NCBI GenBank assembly: GCA_003056265.1
Contig: NBVN01000002.1
Coordinates: forward strand, 300,001-332,000
DNA length: 32,000 nucleotides
Direction: 5' to 3'
DNA from: Zestosphaera tikiterensis
GTDB lineage: Archaea; Thermoproteota; Thermoprotei_A; Sulfolobales; NBVN01
In this document: piece by piece, positions 16,163-24,175 of the stretch
Layout of the letters: each line of letters starts with the position of its first letter
How positions within the stretch are numbered: position 1 is the stretch's first letter
Program-made: the position numbers and the translations under genes
The notes under the pieces: model-generated
What the model was told of the DNA's origin: nothing
The model's database searches: none
What the model saw: only the letters and a program-made list of their open reading frames with translations

Positions 16163-16399
16163 TCATTGTTGCGTTAAAGCTCCACGCTCGCTAGGTTCTT
16201 TATTGACAGTCTCAGGTACTTCTATGAATACCTTCACCTTAACCTTACCCTCCCATATCACCCTCCACAAATCGTTATGGCTTGTCGGTAGGTATATTAG
16301 ATATCGCTCTTCATGGGTAGTCATTCTCGTGATGAACCTATCGCCAGCGAACACTATTCTAGGATTCTCCAAGACAACCTTAATCAGCTTCTCAACCAT
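16163..16399 (-). CDS. Small hypothetical protein (78 aa), possibly DNA-binding
   Basis: ORF track. AGGTGGGAAT precedes the ATG, and TATA-like boxes lie 25 and 45 nt upstream. RYLIYLPTSHNDLWRVIWEGKVKVKVFIEV is beta-rich. Confidence 0.4.
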   Translation of the reverse strand: MVEKLIKVVLENPRIVFAGDRFITRMTTHEERYLIYLPTSHNDLWRVIWEGKVKVKVFIEVPETVNKEPSERGALTQQ

Positions 16400-16523
16400 A
16401 TTCCCACCTGAGTTCGTCCCATTAAAAAGGGTGCTTTCGAAGCTTATAAATCACAATGTAAAAATGCAGGCAATACAAAATTGAATTACTCATCATTGAA
16501 CGGTAATGTTTTATTAACCTCTA

Positions 16524-17621
16524 TTGCTAGTTTATTATGGGGGTGCTACTCTCGTGGCCTCTATTGATGAGTTCCTTAGTAAGCGTGTTGAGTATTTGAA
16601 AGAATCACTATTGCTTAGAGGTAAGAGGGCTGAGGTTTTTAAGGAATTATGTAGTGGAGGTGTTTTCACTAAATGGAAGTTAGCCCGTGATTCAGGAACA
16701 ACAATCTACGGGATTAACAAGGCATTAGAACCTTTAGTTATTGCTGGACTGGTTACAGTTAAATCTGAGAAGATCACATCTAAGCTAAGTAGGCATGAAG
16801 TTAAAGTTAACGATGGAGGGAAGCTTGTTTGTAAGCTATTAGGGCCTGCGGATGAGGTAGTTAACGATGTGTTAAAATACGTAAGTAATGATGACAGAGA
16901 GTTTGTCGAGGTTTTAGCGAAGGGTCAACATGGTAGGGAGTTAATAGCTTATGCTATCACTGGATCCTTAGTTAACAGGATTGAAAGGTATAATTCCTCA
17001 CCTATTAATGAGCAAGAGCTTAAAAGTATCTATAGCACGGCTATCTCTCAGTTAAAAGTGTGGTTTTCATTTTTATTTGGAGCTAAAGTCATTTTAGAAT
17101 TGGGCAAAAACGAAAACAAGGTAAATGTAGGTGAATATGAATCTTCACTCATAAACATAGCAGAGGATTTATTAGTTAAATCGATTTTTTACAATAAAGA
17201 GATAAAGCCTTTCGAGTTGCCAGAAAAATACGGCATTCCCTCCAAAAGAGAGACTAAAGGATCTTCCGAATTCGAAGAATGGTTTAAAAGACTTTACGTA
17301 ATAACATATGAAGAGTTGAATAAGATCGCACGAAACGAGCTCAATAAATTCCTCAGCCGTGAGGTTGAGAAGGATGTGAATCATGATATTGAGAATGTAT
17401 GCTGGTGGACATCCCTCAAACTTTCCCTTGAAGGTATGGATCTTAATAAATCTTTAAAAATTAAGGACAAACTAGGTAAAGACATAGAAGCTACAGTATT
17501 TTCAATATTTATGGATAAATGTCACAAAGAACTAAGTAAAGCCCTTGAGCAGGTCATAGACTTCGTAAAGCAGTACGAAACAAACACTACTATGGGTAAG
17601 AGTTTTAATTTAAATAGTTAG
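16524..17621 (+). CDS. Hypothetical protein with an N-terminal wHTH-like segment (365 aa), AT-rich
   Basis: FTKWKLARDSGTTIYGINKALEPLVIAGLVTV. Codon usage is very AT-rich compared with the genes to its left. Confidence 0.5.
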   Translation: MLVYYGGATLVASIDEFLSKRVEYLKESLLLRGKRAEVFKELCSGGVFTKWKLARDSGTTIYGINKALEPLVIAGLVTVKSEKITSKLSRHEVKVNDGGKLVCKLLGPADEVVNDVLKYVSNDDREFVEVLAKGQHGRELIAYAITGSLVNRIERYNSSPINEQELKSIYSTAISQLKVWFSFLFGAKVILELGKNENKVNVGEYESSLINIAEDLLVKSIFYNKEIKPFELPEKYGIPSKRETKGSSEFEEWFKRLYVITYEELNKIARNELNKFLSREVEKDVNHDIENVCWWTSLKLSLEGMDLNKSLKIKDKLGKDIEATVFSIFMDKCHKELSKALEQVIDFVKQYETNTTMGKSFNLNS

Positions 17622-17644
17622 CAGTTCATATAGGAATGTGTTTC

Positions 17645-17857
17645 CTATGATATCATCTCAGCATCCTTCATGTATTCCACTAATTTAAGCATGTAGAGCA
17701 TTTCAGGTAACGTCGGTTTAGTATTTCCCTTCACGACCCCCCTCTTAATCATTTCGCTACGCCACTCATCAGCATATTTAACAATCTCTAAAATAAGATC
17801 TTGAAGACTACAAGCATCAATACCGCTCTGCTTTAGATCGTTAATGATTTTCCGCAT
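17645..17857 (-). CDS. Small helical hypothetical protein (70 aa)
   Basis: ORF track. Its start overlaps the stop of the upstream 114-aa ORF by 25 nt. Confidence 0.4.
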   Translation of the reverse strand: MRKIINDLKQSGIDACSLQDLILEIVKYADEWRSEMIKRGVVKGNTKPTLPEMLYMLKLVEYMKDAEMIS

Positions 17858-18177
17858 CTTCGGCCTCCAAGGCTCCCGAGCAGTACAGCCTTCTTAATGT
17901 AGTGGTATCCCCGACCGTACCACCCTGAAACCACGTTTACGGCTTCATTCAACCTACCCACGACATCCCTAACGATCTTATCTGCTTTACCGCTCCAGAT
18001 ATTCGTAATATCAACTATGTGAATCTCTGTATTAGTAGTATCTACAGCTACAACGTCTAAATCCCTCCTACCACCACCCGCCCCAGTACCTATGGGGATG
18101 TCGAAATTTACCATGAAACCCCTTAAAACATAGTACTCAACAACAAGCTCCTCAACCCAAGATCTCGGCATTGGCAT
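17833..18177 (-). CDS. Small PD-(D/E)xK-fold-like protein (114 aa)
   Basis: LVVEYYVLRGFMV...GGGRRDLDVVAVD-x7-IHIVDITN resembles the YraN/Hjc-type core, but the usual Lys after the acidic residue is missing. Confidence 0.35.
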   Translation of the reverse strand: MPMPRSWVEELVVEYYVLRGFMVNFDIPIGTGAGGGRRDLDVVAVDTTNTEIHIVDITNIWSGKADKIVRDVVGRLNEAVNVVSGWYGRGYHYIKKAVLLGSLGGRRCGKSLTI

Positions 18178-18414
18178 GAACTAAACCCTAAAAAACACTT
18201 AACATGTAATATAATAAACTATGATAAACCATAAATAGGAAAAAGAAAACACTTAAGCACACCTCATTTTATAAAAATCTTTTAACCCTTGAAGATTTTA
18301 CATAGTATGCCGAGGTTCCCACACAATAATGAGTGAGTTCGTTAATGAAGTCGTAAATGGATTTGAGTTCCCAATCCTTCGTAGTTTTCGGGAACTACTT
18401 TACGCGTGTTCCAA

Positions 18415-18458
18415 GCCTTGTAAGCCGGGGGTCGCGGGTTCGAATCCCGCCGGCGGCT
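18415..18458 (+). tRNA. Orphan 3' half of a tRNA-Thr(UGU)-like gene (about positions 30-73): att-site remnant or split-tRNA half
   Basis: GC-CTTGTAA-GCCGG-GGGTC-GCGGG-TTCGAAT-CCCGC-CGGCGGC-T, i.e. an anticodon-loop-like heptamer, 3' anticodon stem, variable loop, perfect T arm, 3' acceptor strand and a U discriminator. No complementary 5' acceptor strand (GCCGCCG) or D arm occurs in the 230 nt upstream. Confidence 0.65.
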
Positions 18459-18655
18459 TAACCCTTTTATCAGGTGATAAAACTTTTCATAATCTACTCT
18501 AACTTTAGCTTTAGCACACAACATAGGTTAATTCCGTGAAATACCTAGTTGAGTTTTAATCTCACGTCTTTATATCTCTATGTGAGTTAATAGAATCGTT
18601 AGAAAAGTTATGTATTCTTCTTTAAAGATGCTTTTAACACTTCCCTCTAGGGAAG

Positions 18656-19012
18656 CTAGCGTTCCATTAGATCTATGCCTAAATTCTTAAGTAATCGCTT
18701 AAATTCTATTGAGTTATTCACAGCCTTCTTAACGGCTTCTTCAATTAAATCAAGTCTATTTAGTTTAATTAAGATGCTCTTGATTATGAATATCACTATA
18801 AACAGGGCAGTTTCGCTGGAGTCGTAATATTCTTTAAGAGTTTCGTAAAATATTGAAGAATCCTTGAGAAACACTATCAACGGGTCTAAACCATACTTAA
18901 CTTCAAAAAGATGATTAAACACTGGTAAATACCCAGGGAAGAACTTTTGAAACCTCATCTTGATGTACTCGATTAACTCATCAACACCTACTGCTTTGGT
19001 TGAGCTCAACAC
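18656..19012 (-). CDS. Hypothetical protein (118 aa)
   Basis: ORF track. AT-rich and divergent from the KaiC-like gene. Confidence 0.45.
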   Translation of the reverse strand: MLSSTKAVGVDELIEYIKMRFQKFFPGYLPVFNHLFEVKYGLDPLIVFLKDSSIFYETLKEYYDSSETALFIVIFIIKSILIKLNRLDLIEEAVKKAVNNSIEFKRLLKNLGIDLMER

Positions 19013-19147
19013 GGACTCCCTAAACAGCGTTATCTATATAGTTACTACCTGTTAGTTTATAAAAGCAATAATAATCTTAGACAAACCTCTCATATACGTT
19101 TAAAGTTTAAAAAACACTTCAAGAGTTATATTGTTAGAAGATGCTGT

Positions 19148-20584
19148 GTGGTTGGTTGCGATATGGGGGTTTATGAATTCGGTGTTACCGGCCTTGATGC
19201 CCTACTTCCTGAAGCGTTAGTTCCTGGGACTTTAGTCGTTGTTGCTGGCTCACCAGGTTCTGGAAAAACAACTTTAGCTACGACTCTATGTCTTAAAAAC
19301 GCTGTTAAAGGCTTTAAATGTTTGTACGTTTCGTTTCAGGAAGATAAGGAGAAACTTTTCAGAAATATGTTGAGATTAGGTTTAAACCTAACTGAAGTAG
19401 CTTCTAAGGGTTTAATGGATTTCATTAAGTTGCCGTTGTCGAGTTCAGCAGATGATATCGTTAGTGAGTTGGGGGCTTTAGTTTCTAAAGGTAGATATAA
19501 CGTTATAGTGGTTGACTCTATAAATCCTTTACTTAAGGCGGTTGAAGGGGATTTAAATAGAAGGGCTTACTTACAGAACTTCTTCGCAGAACTACCTAAA
19601 ATAACTGAAGGTGTTGTTACATTACTTTACGAAGCTCCTGAAGATATAGATACCTTAAGTTTAGGAGATATAGAGTTCGTAGCGGATATAATCATATACT
19701 TACGTCAGAAAGTTGAAAGAAGGCTTGTTTCAAGAGAGCTTGAAATAAGAAAGGCTAGAAACGTATCGCTTAACGTGGTTCAAGCACCTTTAACGATAAC
19801 TGAAGGTAAAGGCCTTGAGGTTTGGATCCCCTACACGTTTGAGGAGATACAGCCGCCTGGAGAATCGTTAATTAAACCGGAACTCATGAACATATTAAAG
19901 ACGGAAAACTGCGTTGAGTTAAGCGATCACATCCTTAACTCACTAGTTAAGGGGAGAGTCATATATGTAACATACCCGTCAGACATCCAACTCATAGAAC
20001 CTTTAACCCATACCCTTTTCTTAGCCACCATAGTTAATGCGAAGGTTTTACTCATTAGTTATAGGTATTCATCAGCAGATATAAGACATTTACTCGAGAA
20101 AACGCTTAAACAACACGGTATAAGAGATACAGAACTTATAGATAAATACATCATAATAAAAAGTTTGAATCCCTTAGGCGTTAATGTAGCGCAAATAAAC
20201 GCTTACGAAAATGAATGGATTAAAACCCTTAAGCCAGATATCGTGTATTTCCACGGGGTGGAGACCGCGCAAACTGTTTCAGAATTTAACACATATGCGT
20301 ACTTACTAGTTAATCAACTTAACTTCCTGAGGAAGGAGCAAATCCTTACAATACGTGAGGGATCCTACATAAATAAGAAACTACATAGGTTTAACTCAAT
20401 ACTTTCAGACACTATAGTAAAGTTCAAACCAATTAAAGAAAAACCTGGTTATGAAATAAGGATATGGTCTAGAGGGGTTAAGCCCGTCACCACCACAGGT
20501 GAAAAGCTTAGTGCCTGCGGCCGTGAAATGTTTAAATTTTTGCTTAAAAAGCTTCAATTAAAAGACGTAACTTCCACGCAATGA
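19148..20584 (+). CDS. KaiC/RecA-superfamily ATPase (KaiC-like), with an active N-terminal domain and a degenerate C-terminal domain
   Basis: TGLDALLPEALVPGTLVVVAGSPGSGKTTLATTLC (Walker A) and YNVIVVDSI (Walker B). The second half has no P-loop. Confidence 0.75.
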   Translation: MVGCDMGVYEFGVTGLDALLPEALVPGTLVVVAGSPGSGKTTLATTLCLKNAVKGFKCLYVSFQEDKEKLFRNMLRLGLNLTEVASKGLMDFIKLPLSSSADDIVSELGALVSKGRYNVIVVDSINPLLKAVEGDLNRRAYLQNFFAELPKITEGVVTLLYEAPEDIDTLSLGDIEFVADIIIYLRQKVERRLVSRELEIRKARNVSLNVVQAPLTITEGKGLEVWIPYTFEEIQPPGESLIKPELMNILKTENCVELSDHILNSLVKGRVIYVTYPSDIQLIEPLTHTLFLATIVNAKVLLISYRYSSADIRHLLEKTLKQHGIRDTELIDKYIIIKSLNPLGVNVAQINAYENEWIKTLKPDIVYFHGVETAQTVSEFNTYAYLLVNQLNFLRKEQILTIREGSYINKKLHRFNSILSDTIVKFKPIKEKPGYEIRIWSRGVKPVTTTGEKLSACGREMFKFLLKKLQLKDVTSTQ

Positions 20585-20665
20585 TTTCCTCACCACTCTC
20601 ATTAATTTTAAGCTTTATTTAGGATCTCATTAACTAGTCTTGAGGGCTTTAAGCTTTATCGTAAA

Positions 20666-21349
20666 TTAAGTAAAGCATTGTTGAAAATCTACTAATTGTG
20701 TGGGGAACTTCCTTCTTATTATGTAACCGGCTACGTCGAATATCCTTTCTGCTTTCGTTAAGATTACGTAGTCGCTTGAAGCTATCACATCCTTCTCCGC
20801 CATTACCGTAACGTCTGCTTTAGTGGCTAAGACTATAGTGACGTCGTATTTCTTCACCTGATTATGCGTTATTAAAGATTTTATTAGCTCCGCATGCTTA
20901 GCTGACCAGCTGACGTTCTTATCTAAGACGAGTTTAATGGATTGCGGCTTTAGGTACGTTACTTCATTATAGAGTATTTTAAAACTTTCTATGATTTGCT
21001 CGTCGGTAAAGCCTTTACTGTAGGATTTCCTTAAATCACGTACTATCCCATCATCACATATGTAAAGCTCCCTACCTTCAAGTGCTGAAGTTATGGTTAG
21101 TAAAGCGTTATATCCGTCAACAACAACCCTGAGGTGTTCGACATCATCTACATGTTTAGACCTGATTTTAACTACGTCTTCATCGCTATGTACACACCTA
21201 AGCAGTAAAGCCCTCTCAACGTTCGATAAGATGTATCTAGACGTCACTAAATCTAAAGATGCTTTCTGACCGTACCCTCGATTAAGTAAGTATTTATAAT
21301 CTTTAGCAGCTTCACATACCTTTAAATCCACGCCCTGCTTCCCTAGCAA
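20666..21349 (-). CDS. DUF434-type N-terminal domain plus NYN/PIN-like C-terminal domain protein
   Basis: AKDYKYLLNRGYGQKASLDLVTSRYILSNVERALLLRCV matches my memory of DUF434. LRVVVDGYNALL is the YacP/NYN-type motif. The gene begins 4 nt after the alaS stop. Confidence 0.55.
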   Translation of the reverse strand: MLGKQGVDLKVCEAAKDYKYLLNRGYGQKASLDLVTSRYILSNVERALLLRCVHSDEDVVKIRSKHVDDVEHLRVVVDGYNALLTITSALEGRELYICDDGIVRDLRKSYSKGFTDEQIIESFKILYNEVTYLKPQSIKLVLDKNVSWSAKHAELIKSLITHNQVKKYDVTIVLATKADVTVMAEKDVIASSDYVILTKAERIFDVAGYIIRRKFPTQLVDFQQCFT

Positions 21350-21353
21350 GTTT

Positions 21354-24104
21354 TCAAGCCTTTAAAACATTCTTTAAAAGAGATTCCAATACCTCAATTA
21401 ACTCTACGTGGTTTTCAACCTCAACATAACCTGTTGCGTGGTCTGCTTTACCACCGCCACGACCTTTAAACACCGTTAAAACCTGCTTGAAGAGTTCGTT
21501 AGCTTTAATAACTTCAGATGCTTTACGTCCTTCGGAAATCTCAAGGTTTACACCCCCAGCTTTCCTAGGGGTTGCGACGATCAACACCGCATCTGGGTTT
21601 TCAGCCGTTAACTCTTGAAGAACTTCCTTAAGTAACTCCTCCTCCACATCTGCTAAGTATTTAACTAAATACCTCACACTACCTAAACTTCTTAACTCAG
21701 AGTACATGGACTTCTTCAACTCGTTGAAGTAGAGTTTACGGTAGGTGTTAAGTTTGTTTTTAAGGGTTTCTAACTCCTTAATTAAGGAAGGTATCCTAAG
21801 GTTTAAATCGCCCCCTACAACCTCCTCAGCTTTTTTAATCTTACTCTCTAACTCCTGAGCGTAAGCACTTACCTGCGTTCCCGCAACGTATTCAAACCTA
21901 ACGACACCATCAGCTATCCTTTCAACCTTAACTATCTTTAAAGCCCCAACCTCTCTAGTGTTTTTAAGGTGTGTTCCGAAGCAGGCTTCAGCGTCTAACC
22001 CTTCGATCTCAACGACTCTAATCACAGGCTCTAAAACAACACCGCCCTCATAGAGAACAAACCCATACCTCTTCTCAGCTTCGTATTTAGGCATGTAATG
22101 AACTTTAACCTCCCTACCCTCTACAATAACTTTATTAGCTAACTCCTCTATCTGCTTGAGCTCCTCCTCAGAAACGGACTTGTAATGGGTTATGTCTAAC
22201 CTACCCCTTAAAGGCGTTTTTTCAGCGCCTGCTTGCCAGACATGACTTCCTAACACCTTCCTCGCAACACCTAAGATGATATGTGTTGCTGTATGGTGCC
22301 GCATTAAATTAAACCTTCTATCCCAATCAATGACGCCAACAACTCTCCTACCAACGTAATCCGCCGGCATAGAGTCTTCTAAAACGTGAATAACTACAGA
22401 ACCAACTTTTTGAGTGTCAACGACTTTAAACTTACGTCCATCAACTATTAAAACTCCTGAATCACCTTCCTGACCACCACCTTCAGGGTAGAAGGCAGTC
22501 CTATCTAAAACTACGTAATTTTTAATGACTTTAACTACTTCAGCCGTAAATTCCTTTACGTAAGGATCTTCATGGAATAAAGCCTTAGTAGCTGGCAAAC
22601 CGGCGACCTCAGTAACTACGTATTCAGGGATCTTAGACTTAACCACCTTCTTAACGGGCGCTCTAGAATGCCTAGCAGCTAACTTGTTGTAGAAATCTTC
22701 CGGCACGCTCACCTCAACACCTAATTCCCTACTTAAATCAGCTATAACCTCAGGCGGTATTCCATGACTATCGTAAAGCTCTATCAACTCATCCTCGCTT
22801 AATCCTTTAGCTCCTTTAACTACATATCTCCTTATTAAACTTGGTGCTTTACTCAACGACTCGTTAAACTTCCGAACTTCATGATCTAGGACGTCATGTA
22901 TGTATGCTTCCTTACCACGTACTTGAGGATATAAATCAACCCAATACTTAATCTGGTTGTCGAAGAGGTCGTGAATTAACGTAGCATCACTACCTAAAAC
23001 ATTAAGCAGTCTTAAAATCCTCCTTATGACGAGCCTAGCTAAGTAACCTTCACCGCTATTCGACGGTACAACACCGTCAGACAGTAGAAGCATAGCTGTT
23101 TTAACGTAGTCTAGAAGTGCGTAGAGCTTTATAGTTCTATCTAAGTAAGCACTAACTTCCTCTAAACTCATTCCTAACTCAATAGATACGTTCTTCTTCA
23201 GAAGCTCGAAAAGTTTAGGATTCTTAGGGTTTAACCTCCCCACATACTTAACGGCTACTTTCAATAAGTCTTCAGGCGGTTCAGACACGTTCAGAAGTTT
23301 ATGATATTTAGGTACTAAATACCCATAGATAGCGTGAAAAGCTGTAGGTGTTTTCTGCGTTAGCCAAGCAATCCTTTCAATTCCATAACCAGTATCAACG
23401 ATTTTCAAAGGCATTTCCCTATAGCCTTCCGGCGTGACGTCATACATCATGAAGACCAACGTAGCTATCTCCAAACCCCCTACAGCAACTTCAAAACAAG
23501 GTCCTGCGTTACCGCCGCCCTCCCACCAAGACTCCTTAAAGGTAAGCTCTTCCTCCGGTATCCCTATCTCCTTAGTGAAGAATTCCTTAGCATACTCAAC
23601 TGTTTCATGTGTGAAGTATACCCTCTCGTTCGGGTAGTTGAAGGCGTGGTGACCACCCATTATGAAGTTCGTTAAGTGCCTGCCGAACGTATAACCAACG
23701 CTATCTATGTCTTCAAGCCTTATGCAGGGTTGAGCTATTACTAAAGGATTAGCTGGTGGGGGTACGAGACCCGACGTTACGTGAGGTTGAAAAACCACTA
23801 TAGAAGCTATAGTTAGGTATAGATCGTCACGCCACCTAGCAACTACTGGATGAGGATCTATTATCGTGTGGCCTCTTTCGTTAAAGAAACGTAGGAACTT
23901 ATCCCTAACCTCCTTAACCGTTAAAGGCGACGTACCCAGTTTAATATCGAAGAATGTGTAGTCAGCGCATGGAGCATCATTGCAGTTATCCCGAGGTATT
24001 TTAGACCAGAAGTCAGCGCCGCAGACTTTACATCTAGCGCGTTCATACTTCTCTACGTCAAACATTTTCACGCGAAAAATACTTGAATCAACAACCTTAC
24101 CCAC
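21354..24104 (-). CDS. alaS: Alanine--tRNA ligase
   Basis: 916 aa, archaeal AlaRS size. Editing-domain motifs MRHHTATHIIL (HxxxH) and CFGTHL (CxxxH) are present, plus a C-terminal DHHA1-like GGGKADHATG. The true start may be the internal ATG (MFDVEKY). Confidence 0.95.
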   Translation of the reverse strand: MGKVVDSSIFRVKMFDVEKYERARCKVCGADFWSKIPRDNCNDAPCADYTFFDIKLGTSPLTVKEVRDKFLRFFNERGHTIIDPHPVVARWRDDLYLTIASIVVFQPHVTSGLVPPPANPLVIAQPCIRLEDIDSVGYTFGRHLTNFIMGGHHAFNYPNERVYFTHETVEYAKEFFTKEIGIPEEELTFKESWWEGGGNAGPCFEVAVGGLEIATLVFMMYDVTPEGYREMPLKIVDTGYGIERIAWLTQKTPTAFHAIYGYLVPKYHKLLNVSEPPEDLLKVAVKYVGRLNPKNPKLFELLKKNVSIELGMSLEEVSAYLDRTIKLYALLDYVKTAMLLLSDGVVPSNSGEGYLARLVIRRILRLLNVLGSDATLIHDLFDNQIKYWVDLYPQVRGKEAYIHDVLDHEVRKFNESLSKAPSLIRRYVVKGAKGLSEDELIELYDSHGIPPEVIADLSRELGVEVSVPEDFYNKLAARHSRAPVKKVVKSKIPEYVVTEVAGLPATKALFHEDPYVKEFTAEVVKVIKNYVVLDRTAFYPEGGGQEGDSGVLIVDGRKFKVVDTQKVGSVVIHVLEDSMPADYVGRRVVGVIDWDRRFNLMRHHTATHIILGVARKVLGSHVWQAGAEKTPLRGRLDITHYKSVSEEELKQIEELANKVIVEGREVKVHYMPKYEAEKRYGFVLYEGGVVLEPVIRVVEIEGLDAEACFGTHLKNTREVGALKIVKVERIADGVVRFEYVAGTQVSAYAQELESKIKKAEEVVGGDLNLRIPSLIKELETLKNKLNTYRKLYFNELKKSMYSELRSLGSVRYLVKYLADVEEELLKEVLQELTAENPDAVLIVATPRKAGGVNLEISEGRKASEVIKANELFKQVLTVFKGRGGGKADHATGYVEVENHVELIEVLESLLKNVLKA

Positions 24105-24175
24105 GCTAAACCACCGTAACTACTTAAATAATTCAAAGGAGTAAATAAAATAAAGTCTATGTTTCGCTGACTTAA

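Larger units (their letters stand above)
1..18458. mobile_element. Putative integrated plasmid/virus-like element plus defence island. Boundaries are uncertain: the left end may lie outside the window, and the right end is either the composition shift near 16480 or the tRNA fragment at 18415-18458.
   Basis: Contains an AEP primase-polymerase, a helicase-like NTPase, an R-M module, many small regulators and nuclease-fold genes. A promoter-like motif recurs at 4.2, 4.6, 5.9 and 11.3 kb. An orphan 3' tRNA half sits at the right side. Composition differs from the housekeeping block. No integrase was found. Confidence 0.5.

Noticed and set aside
10215-18404. The 9-mer GTGTTCCAA occurs three times (10215, 10591, 18396), the last directly upstream of the tRNA fragment
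   Set aside because: This is a post hoc observation of a short word, and the flanks share no further similarity. It is probably coincidence and not evidence for att cores or split-tRNA leader pairing.
18342-18524. 60-aa minus-strand ORF (..RRRDSNPRPPAYKA..)
   Set aside because: It reads straight through the tRNA-like fragment; the RDSNPRP-type peptide is the typical translation artefact of a T arm. I considered it as a split SSV-type integrase N- or C-fragment, but only about 19-20 codons lie on either side of the att-like core, which is too short.
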